Below are positions 51,305-63,400 of a DNA stretch of 64,000 bases, one piece after another. This DNA is from Yuukianura sp. NJ FZ-2021 (taxonomy: Eukaryota): contig CM102284.1 of assembly GCA_046563655.1 (NCBI GenBank), positions 9,114,001 to 9,178,000 of the forward strand, written 5' to 3'. Positions within the stretch are counted from its first letter, which is position 1, and the number at the start of each line of letters is the position of its first letter. The translations under genes and the position numbers were made by a program. The notes under the pieces are model-generated. The model worked only from the letters and a program-made list of their open reading frames with translations. It was not told the origin of the DNA and searched no databases.

Positions 51305-54300
51305 ATGTTTTTAATACGAAGTGTTCCAGTTCTTATTCTCCTCTTTTCACTTGCAACGGTAAGCAATAATTAATTCTTAATTAATAAACTAAATATTATA
51401 ATTTGTAATTTATTAGAATTAGAACTTATCAGAAGTGTCTAATTCGTGGAATAACAAAATCGGTTGTTGATCTTGATTCTTGAAGTGATTCGTACACTTA
51501 CCTTTCTTCAACAATCGTTTTTGAAATTTTGATTTTTGCGCGGTGGAAATAGTGTTTAAGAGGTCACGGTGGAATGGGGTCAACAGAAACATGGGTTGTA
51601 GATTGGTTGCAAAAAGACACGTTAAACCTGTTCCCAGTATTTGCAAAAAACCAATCCCTACTTCACCTGCATCACTCCATTCCGCTTCTCACGTCATCTT
51701 CACAAACATTTTTCATTCAAACCCATTTTGAAAAAGAACCTTATTTTTCATAAAAATGACTCCCAATGTCCCAAAATTCTAAACTTTTTCAAAATTTGCA
51801 GTAGCTGCTTGGAGGGAGTAACTATTTCGGTAGAGAAAATGACGGGGCAGTTCAAAATTTTGAAAAAAAAAACCTTTGAGAGCAAGTCTTTCGTGATCAA
51901 TTAATTTTGAAATGTCAAAATGTTTTGTTCTGGGCTTTTAGTCACAGTCAATGCGGAAGACTCTGAAGAAAAGACACACTGTGAGGTGCTAATTACAATG
52001 CAGTTAACTTAATTGTGCTAATTACATTTCACACTGTGACAAATTTAATAAATACTTTGTCTAAAACTAATTCAGGAAAAGAATTATTACCGGTGCAACT
52101 TCTACTTCACCTACAAAAACTACACAAATTTTCACTACATTTTTCAAAATTTGTAGTTAGAAGATAATACAGTTGTGGCTTTTATTAATGTTTTAAATTC
52201 TTTTTAAACTAAATAAGCTAAGTATATTTTTTGTATAACTTTTTTTTTACTAACGTAAGTTTTAAGTTTCAAGTATTTCACGACTGATTAGTCAATTAAG
52301 ATGTGATTGACAAGTAGATTTCCGATGCCTCTTTGCTTAATTTACGACTGTCATTTTTCACAATGAACTTCCCTTTTGATTTAGTGTTTGTGAATTGTGC
52401 AAAGGTACTCCGGCTATACAGCAGAACTAGGCTAAATCCTACTCCTTTTTTGTGAGTTGTAAATTCGGAACGTCTGCTCACTTGCATTTAAAAGATTTGC
52501 GTTACCTTTTAGTCCACTTTAGAATGAGCATAAACACTCAAGTGGAATAGGGAGAACAAGGACGCAGCCAAAAATAAATCATCTCCCAACTTCATTCAAA
52601 AACAAAACAAAGTAACATCCGCCCTTCACTAGTTAGGTGTCAGCCTCAATCAGAAAAATTAAGTAGCATAACCAAAAACAACAAGGTTAGCAAGGTCAAG
52701 GTCAAGGTCAAACTTGCACATTTGTAAGAAAAAATTGACATTTTTCGACAAAAAGTGGAGCAAAACTTCTTCTTTTTTAACTTTCCATTTGGTAGTCGAA
52801 AAATGTAAATGCATTTCAGACATGAATTGCGGTAAATGCGTGCCTAATTTTGAATTGCGTTAAGTATTCAAAAAAAAAGTGATTTATGATGTGATAACGA
52901 AGCTTTTTGTGAATTCAAAGCGACATTTGATTCTATGCATGTCGTGTCATGATCACTGTCACTCACATTTCCAACAGAAAAGAAGCCATCAATTTTCAAA
53001 ATTTGTTGCTTATTCATTGTACAACGAATTTCAGAAATCCAAGCTTATTAAGTTTTACATTGTAAAAGTTTAGTTTTAAAATGAAGGTTTGTTTCAAAAG
53101 TGTTTTTCACATCTTATTGATTTTTTCGCACCTTACTTTTTAATTGTGTTTAGTAAGGTGTTGAGCACCTTGTTTTAAAAAAGTAGAACTTTAAACATAA
53201 CCTCAATTGGGATTTGTTCTTTTTCAATTTGCCTACACAAACTGTTCCAATTTCCACTTGCTTTACTATATCACACTAGTATAAATTTGTAAAAACCTAA
53301 CAATAACGTGTGATTTGTCCAAATTTGGAAGTATCATCAGGAAATACTCGAGGCTACTTGAATCAACAATACCTTTTCATTTACACTTTTTTCAAAAGTG
53401 TACAGTACAACATCTTAATTTTCAAAATTTTCTGTGCTCAATCACCCAAATTTTGTCAATTTGCAAAATTTTTGCAAACAGTTGGGTTCCATATGCCCCA
53501 AATTTCATGTCCGCAAATAACTCACCTAATTCTGTATTTTGAATCTTTCAAATATTAGTTTTGGTGGTGCCAATTTTAAAATTCAAAACACGTACTGCTG
53601 AACATGCTGTGTATTATGATCAAAATGATAAATTAGGTTTTGAATCAGCCAATGGGAGACGCCCTATTCAAATTTCTAGGTTAAGTGAATTTCGTATGTG
53701 CAGAACCATATAAAACTCAATCTCCATTGTAAAGTAATGTAATGAATGAGGCAATTGTTGGTGCTGCTAACCAACACATAAAAGAGATGAGTCTCATCTT
53801 GATACACTTCATTTGCATCTTCGTAACGGTAGTTTTTGCAAAGTTTTTGGCAAAGGTCAACTCACTCATGACTCCCCTTTATACCTAACCCATTCAAATT
53901 GGTTTTGTATTTGAAGTGTTTATGTGATCCAACAAAACCTTTTCACAGGAACAAAAAATGTGCTTTTTAAGTAACTTTTTGATTTCGAGATCACTGAACG
54001 AGAAAGATTTGCCGCTGACCTAACCATGAGATCCTTGTCTACTTGCACAAATTTGCACAGATTGCTGCACTGCTTGTGGTTAGGGATTAAGTTCTTGTGT
54101 CACATTTCAGATGTAGGGCGCTATGAATTACGCGTCTACAAAATTCAATTTAACATACAAAAATGAAATCAAAACGAAAAAAGCGAACAAAAAAATCCGA
54201 ATTTTGAGATTCTTTTGGAAAGTGATTGACAAAAAATGGGGAAAAAATTGGCAAAAATATTCAAACCATGAGGAAGACGAAACCCCAGCACCGATGCAGC

Positions 54301-57300
54301 TGAGAAATTACTTGGTGTATAATGTAATTTTTCCTTTGTGTTTTTAGGTGTCAAGATGCGACAGTAAAGAGGGTGACCCCGATGACCCCTTGAGTAAAGA
54401 GAACCAGTCTGCCAGTAGTTCTGCCACTGCTCAAGAGTCTTTTGCCAAGAAACAAGGTCAATTCGGAGATGTTCCTGATCAGCTTGCGATAGAGTCACAG
54501 CATGAGGCAGTGGAGCATCGGGGGGAGGGGAGGCCCTTCCCCCTGCCCTTCCCCATGAAGGGCCTCCAGGGCTCGGTAGTGCTCCCTATGCCCCCGGGCT
54601 TTAGTCCCCAAGGTCACGGGGCACCAGTTGGCATTCGCTTGCCAGGTCCCGGACATCATATCGGTAAGATTCGGACACTTCCGACTCAAGACTTGAAACA
54701 ATCTTCAATCATTTTAAGGTTCCGTTAGGTATGGCTGCCGTCGTGCGTTTCGTTTCTGTTTTTTGCTAAAAACGGAAACGAAACGGAACGGTAGGCCGCG
54801 AAACAGAAACGGTCACAAAACAGAAAAACGAAAACGGAACAATAAAACGGTTGACTGTATACCGAAATATCAAAAATTAGTTTTCGTATTCTGGCGTTTA
54901 ATAATTGTCTTCTAGTCATTCCAAATGCTGTCAAAATAGTTAGAAAGTTGGACTACAATTTAAACGTTTAATTTTAATTTCCCAAAAATTCAGTATGGGG
55001 TGGTGAAAAATAAATATTTTCATTTTCCCTGGTCTTTCGGCTTTCCGTTTCTCCGTTCTTTGATTTTCGTTTTCGTTTCGTTTCTTGGCGAAAACGGAAA
55101 CGAAACAAATGGTACTGCTTCAAAAAACGAAAACGAAAAAAACGGAAACCGTTTCGTTTCCTGTAATACACGGAAACGGCAGCAGCTCTATCGTTAGGTC
55201 TTGATTCTCCGAAGTTTTCAAAATATTGAATTTCTGAAATCTTTTTTTGAAAAAGGTCCGCAAGGTCAACACTCATCGCCCCACCACCAGTTCATACCGC
55301 ACAGCGGAGAAATCAAATTTCATAAAAGCAAAGAAGTCTATACCGGTGGGCCACCACAGATTCCGGCGGGACAGCCCATTTCTCAACTGCCCCACCAAAA
55401 TCATGCCACCCACCACCAAATCCACGAAAACGTTAAACAACAATTACAGCATCAGTTTCATCAATCCATTTCCGCTGAATCCGGACTTCACCCTAACCAT
55501 AAACCACCAGGACGAGGACCACCAGGGCCGAGCCACCCCAAAATCATGGTCCCACAAGCCCCACCAAAGGCCCCACCAGTCGGCCCACCTCCCTATGTGG
55601 GTCAAGATGCTCAATTGGCCAATTCTGTCTTCCGTGAACTGTTTGACCGACAACAACAAAAGTTAAAACATCACGGTGGCGTTCCCCCTTCGTCAATCAG
55701 GGGTCACAAGGTCGTGACTGGAAATGACCTCACATCTCAGGCAGGTCACTTCCCACCTCCAGCGGTGCAGCAATATGGAGCTCCGGTGGGACCACCAGAG
55801 CCACCGGTGGGGCCTGGATGGCCACAGGGGCCGGATTCTGACATGCCAAAAATTTCGACTTTGGAGGTCAAATGTGAAAAGAGCGTCATGCGCGTGTACA
55901 TCGCTTTTGACAAACCGTTTTTCGGCGTCATTTTTTCCAAGGTCAGTCAATCAAAACATAAACTGCAAAAACATAAAACATAACATTCAAAAACATAACG
56001 TTCAAAACATAACCTAACCATGTCAACTTTGTCACTTTAGGGTCACTACCACAATGTCCACTGTATCCACCTTCCAGCCGGACTTGGTCACACTTCGGCC
56101 AACTTTGACATCGCCATTGACAGTTGTGGAACGCAAGGGAACACGGAAAATGGACTCTATGGCTACGGAGCCCAGTCTGGATCGGGATCCTTCTTTGAAA
56201 ACATTATCGTCATCCAATATGATCCACAGGTTAGTTAACTTAAATAAATTAAGTACAATTAATTAATTAAATGTTAACTAAACTAATTAAAACTTAGGTT
56301 CAAGAAGTGTGGGATCAAGCTCGGAAGTTGCGATGTACTTGGCACGATCAGTACGAGAAGTCCGTCACCTTTAGACCGTTTCCAGTTGACATGCTGGATG
56401 TTGTTAGAGCTGACTTTGCTGGTGACAATGTTGGATGCTGGATGCAGATTCAGGTAAACTTTGAAATTTTTGGAAAAGTGAAATTTTTATTTTGAGATTC
56501 TGAATTTTGAAATCATTTATGAATCAACAGGTCGGCAAAGGTCCTTGGGCGTCCGAAGTGTCCGGATTGGTCAAAATTGGTCAAGCTATGACGATGGTTC
56601 TGGCTATTAAAGATGACGACAATAAATTTGACATGTTAGTTCGGAATTGCATGGCACATGACGGCGTCAGAGCTCCTGTTCAATTGGTCGACCAATGGGG
56701 ATGTGTCACCAGGCCAAAACTTATGTCAAAGTTCACCAAAATTAAGAACTTTGGCCAATCAGCTTCCGTTTTGTCCTACGCCCACTTCCAGGCGTTCAAG
56801 TTTCCAGATTCCATGGAAGTACACTTCCAATGTACCATTCAAATTTGTCGCTACCAATGTCCAGGTAAGACAAAAATTATTGACCTTGACCTTTGACCTC
56901 AATTTTGACCTTGACCTTTGACCTTTTAGAACAATGTACGCAACCTGCTGACGGCGGTGTTGGTGGTTACGGTGGCCACCTTGGCAAGACTGGTTTGTTG
57001 GCAGATCGCGACGAATCGCGACGTAAAAGACGAGCTGCGTCAAACGAAACGACGGAAGAAGCGGACGACGAAATTCTCGAATTTTCAACAACTTTCAAAA
57101 TTCCAACGGACGCTGCAGAAGATGTTGGACTTAACAAAGTTATCACTGTAAGAATTCCAAATTTTGAATTTTTTTTGAAATTGTCCAAATTCTGAACCTT
57201 TGGGTTTCGCTCAGGTCGTTTCCGAAGGTGACCTTGACTTTGTCGGAGGGTCATCAGGGGCAGAAGGTCAAGAGCTCCCTCTGGTAGAGGCTTCGGAGTT

Positions 57301-57427
57301 TCCCGCCGACATTGTGTGCATGTCAACATTTGGCTTCACGACGATGCTCGTGATTCTCATTGGTACGCTCCTCATAGCATGCATCTTCTCCGCAGTCATT
57401 GTGGTCAAGAGGCCCAAGAAGTATTGA
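51305..57427 (+). CDS. Zona pellucida (ZP) domain apical-matrix/cuticle protein, miniature/papillote-like clade
   Basis: Signal-peptide exon 51305-51358 (MFLIRSVPVLILLFSLAT, strong GTAAGC donor, phase 0) joins 54348 (VSRCDSKEG). Pro/His/Gln-rich N-terminus; ZP domain DMPKISTLEVKCEK..QYDPQVQEVWDQARKLRCTW..VGKGPWASEVSG..FQAFKFPDSMEVHFQCTIQICRYQCP; furin site RRKRR; C-terminal TM; stop 57425-57427. Confidence 0.9.
54730..55190. mobile_element. hAT-type MITE in a ZP-gene intron
   Basis: 8-bp TSD CCGTTAGG (54722-54729) / TCGTTAGG (55191-55198); imperfect TIRs TATGGCTGCCGTCGT versus reverse-complement TAGAGCTGCTGCCGT; dense subterminal AAACG(G/A) motifs in both orientations. Confidence 0.72.
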
Positions 57428-57478
57428 ACGTCACTTCGGAGAGAATTGTACTGACTTACATAATGTTAAGCTGCCCTT

Positions 57479-57540
57479 GAAGGTCATTGACCTTTGACCC
57501 CGAAGGTCATTGACCTTTGACCCCATAAGGTCATGGACCC
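57479..57540. promoter_or_regulatory. Tandem 23-bp units each containing an IR1 element AGGTCA-T-TGACCT (EcRE-type) overlapping a near-DR1
   Basis: Perfect AGGTCATTGACCT at 57481-57493 and 57504-57516, degenerate third copy at 57528-57540, about 55 nt after the ZP stop codon. Function not shown. Confidence 0.5.
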
Positions 57541-58271
57541 GTAACCCCAGAAAATACAGTGAAAAAATAGCTCAAGAGAAAGCATGTTCGATTACTTCCA
57601 AAAGGCTCAAAAAATATCCTGCCTAAAATCCCAAATCTGAAGCTAAATAAGTTTTTAAGTTTGATTTAAAATTGTTTTGTTGCGTATTTTTTAAAACTTT
57701 GTTTTGTCATTTTTAAAAAATATTATTTAAAAAACTCGTTCTAAGAACTTGAGCACTGCTATGTTCTTAAGTGTTCGTTTTAGAATGGCTGTACATCCGT
57801 AGAGCTTCTTTGCTTTTTTTTTCTTTTCGTATGTATAGCACGGGTTTGTTAATTAGTTGATTAATTGTTAATTCTAATTAATTGCTAATTGGCAAAATTA
57901 GCAAATGTTTTCCCCTCATGATTTCCCCCCGGTGTTTTAAAAATTTGTTGTTTTTGCAAATGTTGAGTTTAGCATGCTTAAAATAATGCTTTTGAAATAT
58001 ATGACATGCAAAACACTGTGCAAAGTTAATTATTTTGTTAACTAATTGTAATTTATGTGTTAATTATATAATTGTTACAAATACAAAAATGAGATGTTGT
58101 GTTTAGATTAACTCAGGGAGAAGCGTTTTAAGTGTGCAAGTTGTTTCAAAATAAAGTTTTATATTTTTGTCTAATTTGCTTTTCAAGGAATAAAATACAC
58201 TAAAAATGCAAAATAGAAACTATTCGGAACTTTTTTAAAGCTCATTTTTTGAAAAAAAAAATGTGTTGATT

Positions 58272-58285
58272 GTTGCTCTAGCAAC
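58272..58285. promoter_or_regulatory. RFX X-box (GTTGCTCTAGCAAC)
   Basis: 14-bp palindrome GTTGCT-CT-AGCAAC about 420 bp upstream of the CCDC42/CFAP73-like start codon. Confidence 0.72.
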
Positions 58286-58437
58286 AAGTTAATTCGGATG
58301 AAAAATTCAACATACATCAAAATGCAACACTAAAAAAAGTGACAAAAAGGCTCCACAAAAACCGTGAAACTTTCGAAACAAAATGAAAAAGTGATAACTT
58401 TTTCTTGGTTTTTGTATTTGAACATCAAACTTTATCC

Positions 58438-58570
58438 GATTTTGACATTTTGTATAATTTTTTGGCAAACGATTTGTCGGATTTTGACATTTTGTGTAAT
58501 TGCTGAAAAAAGATTCGTCGAATATTGACATTTTGTGTAATTTTGTTCCATCTTTGTGTAATTTTTTGGA
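58438..58570. repeat. Degenerate about 41-bp tandem repeat with TTGACATTTTGTGTAATT core, 3-4 copies
   Basis: Core at about 58442, 58483 and 58524, partial at 58554. Confidence 0.65.
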
Positions 58571-58707
58571 AAATAATTGACTAATTCCCCGCAAAGTACT
58601 GAAAAACTTTTAAAACTTTTTGTAATTCGATCTCACCGACTCATTTGAATAATTAATTGTGTAATAATTTTGGTACAATTAACTAATTGTGTAATAATTA
58701 ACTGAAA

Positions 58708-60447
58708 ATGCCTCTCCCAACGCTTCCAAAAGAGACACTCCTACCTAAACAGCTTGAAGAATACTTTTTAGACGAAGTTGGAGCTCGGAGTCACGGGTAA
58801 GTTTTTACACAACTTTCAGAATAAAAAACCAAAATTTCAGATAATACTTGATGTTAGTAGTTTGGATCGTTTTTTTTTTGAAATTTTAGAATCAAACTTG
58901 AGTATGAAAAACACGACTACTGCCATGCCATGGACCTTCTGCGCAGACGCCAAGAAATTGCTTGTCTCGATTCCATTTTGTCCAAAGAACGTAAGAAGCG
59001 TGCAGAAAAACAAGGGGAATACAGACAGCGATGGCGGGCCGCTGCACATCGAATGAAACAAACAGACGAAGCCATTGTCATCATGAACGATCGTTATCAA
59101 GTAACTTTTCAAAAAAACAAAATTTCAAAAAACTGTGTCTGAAATTTCAATTTCTGAGTTTGTAGGAAGCTCTGGAGGAGAAGAATCGTCAGTTGTTCAT
59201 TGCTGCGCGTCAAGATGAACTGCGCAAAGGGAAAGAAAAGGAAGTTGGACGTTTGAAGAAAGAGGCGATGCTGCTGAAAGAAGTTCAAAATCAGACTAAC
59301 GAGCGTCTTGTTCAATTCAAACCAGTTGAGGAGTACTTAGAACGAGTGAGAGACATGAGTCGAAACGAATTCAAAACAACGCGTGACCTCCTGGACAGAT
59401 TCAATTTACTCAAAGACACACGCGATACTTTGATGGACCGAGACAACTCTAGAGACGCCTTGATCCGACGTCGTCAAAATACTTTAGATGGTCTCCTGGC
59501 CGTAAGTTCAAAATTTCAAAACAAGTTTTCAAAATTTTAAAAAGTTTGACCTTTGACCTTAGACCAAAGAAAACGAAACAGTGTTGCTAAACAACCTCAT
59601 TTTTGAACTGACTGAAGAACTGGAGAACTTGAATACAAAACAGAAGCTACTTGAAGAAGAAGTTGTCAGCATCAAAACAACTGCTTCGCGTCGAGCCAAC
59701 AATTTAAGCAAAATACGCATGGCTACTTATAACCTATACAGTCAAGCTTGCAAAATGATGGAACGCATTCCAGACGTAAGTTTCAAAATTTTGAAAACTT
59801 TTCCAAAAATGAATTTTTCAAAATTTCAGGTTCCTCCAATCGATACTGTCCGGCAACTGCACTATATCCAAGGCACAATGGTCGAAATCAACAAACTGCG
59901 ACGTCAACTTCAAAATATTTTGAAAAAAGCACTGGAAAGAAACGCTTTAGAGCAAAAACTGAAAGAGAAAAAAGAAAAATACGAAGAAGCTCATCATCAT
60001 CACACGATCAAAACGGCAGCGACGACTCGTAACTTCGCAGCGGCCTTTGGCTTGCACCGTGACGCCGCCGCGGCCTCCGTGCAGCACCGTGATCAGTCAA
60101 ATTTCATGAGCGGCAAAATGAAAGCAGTTTTTGCCGTGCCGGGAGAAACGCTTGTTCCAGAAACTGGCGGGAGACAAGTACATGATGCCCTGAGCAAGTG
60201 GGGTCACGAAGAGGTCAAAGGTCAAACGCATGCAAAGATGTCCGTCAAACCAACGATTGCTGCATTGAACCAGTGGCCTGGTGGGGCCAGAGCGGGAACC
60301 ACCGTCAAACATCTTGCCGGGAATTTCAAACCGCACAAAATGTTTGAGGACGGTCAACCACATCCATTAAAGAAACCGAAACGGGTCAAAAAGTCAATGG
60401 GGCATATCACCCGCCCTTCAATGTTACACAAACACGCCCACCATTAA
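58708..60447 (+). CDS. CCDC42/CFAP73-like (DUF4200-type) coiled-coil cilia/flagella protein with His/Ala-rich C-terminal extension
   Basis: Exons approx 58708-58796, 58890-59100, 59166-59501, 59563-59775, 59831-60447. LEEYF, DLLRRRQE, EEYLERV..EF..LLDRF, KENETVLLNN, IKTTA..IRMATYNLY and DTVRQLHYIQ match the block order I recall for CCDC42/CFAP73. Confidence 0.75.
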
Positions 60448-63400
60448 CAACTTAACTAAAGTTAGTTAACCAATTTGTGCTGATTTTGTAATGCTTCGAA
60501 ATACTTTTTGTAGTAATTATTGGTGAATTACGTGTAATTTGTAATTAAATTTTGTAATTACGAAATACACGAGAATTGTGCTAGATTCGAAGCTACTAAA
60601 AAAACTGGATTCTTCAATTTTGAATTTTCTTTAAAAAGTTTGACAAAACAAAATGAAGATTCATTTTTTTTTTCAAAAATGTTGCTAAATACTGGTATAA
60701 AAGTTTCAAAATTCTTGGATTTTGACAAATTAAATTTTACGAAACGATTTTTTTTTCGAATTTTTTTCCCCTTATGGGTCCCCCTGTACCTAACCTGAGG
60801 CGCATAAAATTTTTAGCATTAAACTTTTTCTTTCTGTCAACGACGCTAAAAGGGAGTCTACTTTGAGCAGTGTAGGTTTAAACTGTTTAAGTTAGGTTGT
60901 TAGTGTTTTAACCTATGTTAGGTTAGTTATGTTTTACATTAGGTTAGTTGACAATTGTTAGGTTTAGTTAATTGCACTCGACAGGAGCTTGAAATTGAGG
61001 TAACATTGACAATGCCTCTGTGAATCAATTCATCTTGCAAGTTCCAATGTTCAGAAACAATTGAATCTCGTCTCTTCATTGTTTAGTTTTTGATTGTCCA
61101 CCTTAGGCTTACAAAAAACTTAATTTTTTTTTTGAAACTTTTCCTTGGGCCAAATCAGTTTTACTTACGGAGTGTTTAGTGTGTCTACCTGTTCCTCATC
61201 TTCCAACTCAAAAGTTCCGTTGCTTTTCCTCGCACATCCACATCTTCTCCTTCATCTTCAGTTTGGAGATCTGAGTGGTGGTGGGAGTAACTACAGGGTG
61301 TCCCTAATTCTATTCTAAACCCAAATAAAATAATCTCAGCCCTTCACTTCTCATCCGGTTTCCTTAAGGGTACATCTAAGGATCTCTTTTTGTGCTGGAA
61401 GGGGTCCAAGGGCCCTTAAGTCCACCGAAAGCCCTTAATATCAGGTGAACATACTCAGATTCCGTTAGGAAATTACCGGTTTTGAAATTTCTTGAATTCT
61501 AAAAGCAAAATTCCGTTAAGTTTTCACTTTTGACGCCTAAAGTTTTGACAGGAGTTTCAAAAAAAGAATAAGCTAAGAATTTGGACAACTTTTGTGAAAT
61601 TTTGAATTTGTTTTCAGATATTTGTGAAGTGGCGGCGGTGATGGAAGTTGAGAAGTCAGTGACACACTTTTGACTAAAAAACTAAACTTTCAACTAAAAA
61701 GTAATTATTAGTTTGAATCTCCGTCAAACTGTGAATTCTCAGAAAGTGTCAAACGCAAATACTTCAACTTTGCAAAAAAGATTCCGAAAAATACAGTTTT
61801 GTGTTAAATTTTTGCAGAAATTTTGATTTGTGATGAAGACTGCTTGAGACAGGTTTGAATCGCTCAAGATTTGATTCCGAGTTCAATTACAACAAGATCT
61901 TTCACCAATTCAACAAGAGTTGCAAAACGAGATTTGCAAAAAAACTTTACGAGTTTGTTCGTCTGAAAGCAACAAATGTGAACCAACAAGAGTTTCAAAA
62001 AGTTGCATAGTTTAGTGTTACGTAAAGTTGCAATTTTAATGTTGTGTGACCTTTGATGATACAACGGTGCATGGACAACAGAAGCCACTTTTAAAGGTAA
62101 CTTTTGACCTTTGACCTTGTTTTCACCCGTCTTCATTTTGTACGGTTGTATTTCTTCCACCTAATGGAACATATTAAATCTATTTTCTAATTTTTTCTTC
62201 CAATCTCGCTGTATTTTAAATTTTGAATGGCGTCATGGTTTGTTCAAAATTTTTAAACTTGCCAAATTTTTGGTAACTTTTCGAAAGAAGCAAAAAATAA
62301 GGGCTATCTTTGCTCCAATTTTTGTTGTTACGGTTTCGTTAACTTCATTTTCAAAACAAGAAATTGCTGTGGGTCAAATTGGACTCACGAAAAAAAGTTT
62401 TCTAGCCCGGGTAGATTTGGAATTAATAAATTTGGAATTGGATTGATTGAATAAGAATGGAATAAATTTTTTCTCGTCCAACAAAAGAATAGTGACACCC
62501 CGAAGCAGCATTTGTTGTCACCGTTTATGTTTTTGAATGCTGGCGAATGTTAAGTTTTAGAGTAGAATTGAGCATTGTTGTTGTTACTGCACAAATAAAT
62601 GGGGCTGCTGAACGGAGATTATTTCCGGCATAATTGTAATTATGTGGCAACTAAATTTAGTAAGTGGAGATTACTCTTATGCTTCTTGTTCATGTAATTT
62701 TTGGACCAGAAGACTACAGTAGGGAGCCTACAAATCCTTTGTTTTGGAACGAAGAAGACTCTGTGTGAGTGATTCTAATTAAAAGTTATTGCAAAATGGA
62801 GAGGTTCGTAATGAGGATGATGTGGAAGAGTGGACTGAGGTTTTAAATGGACTTAATCAGAGCGAGCGACTCACAATGTTCAACTTAACTTCCTTGTCTG
62901 CTCCAAATTCAACTTAAATAGGATCTACAAAATCAAAAAAATACCCCGAAACTAAACTAAACTAAAAGAGAATTTAATTAAAGAATTAGAATTAACTTGT
63001 CTAATAATAATAATTATTATTATTGAAATGAAAGCAAAATGGTGTAAACTTCAATAGTTATTTTGAATGTGTTAACTTAATTTCATGAGTTTATTTCACA
63101 AGGCAAAGCAGATAAAACAAAATAGTTAACAGTAATGCGATGCCCATCTATGTTAAAGTGGGCGTGTCAACTGGAGGCGCCGGAATGTCTGGGAAAGCCC
63201 ATGACGTCATAGATTTGAGTGTATAACGGCACTAGTTGTACGCAAAGTGCGTAAGCATGCGCACATCTTCCCGCGTATTTCATTCCTAATTCCTCATTCA
63301 GGAAAATTTTATTCACAAAGTTTCCAGCATGGTAAATGTTTTTTAACTTTCATTCGGCCCTTAAGTTTTACAATTTTTTTCATGAATTGCAAGTTGGATT

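Noticed and set aside
59581-60447. Single 288-aa ORF as one exon
   Set aside because: It reads through a probable short GT-AG intron starting at about 59776 (GTAAGT...TTTCAG) with typical intron composition.
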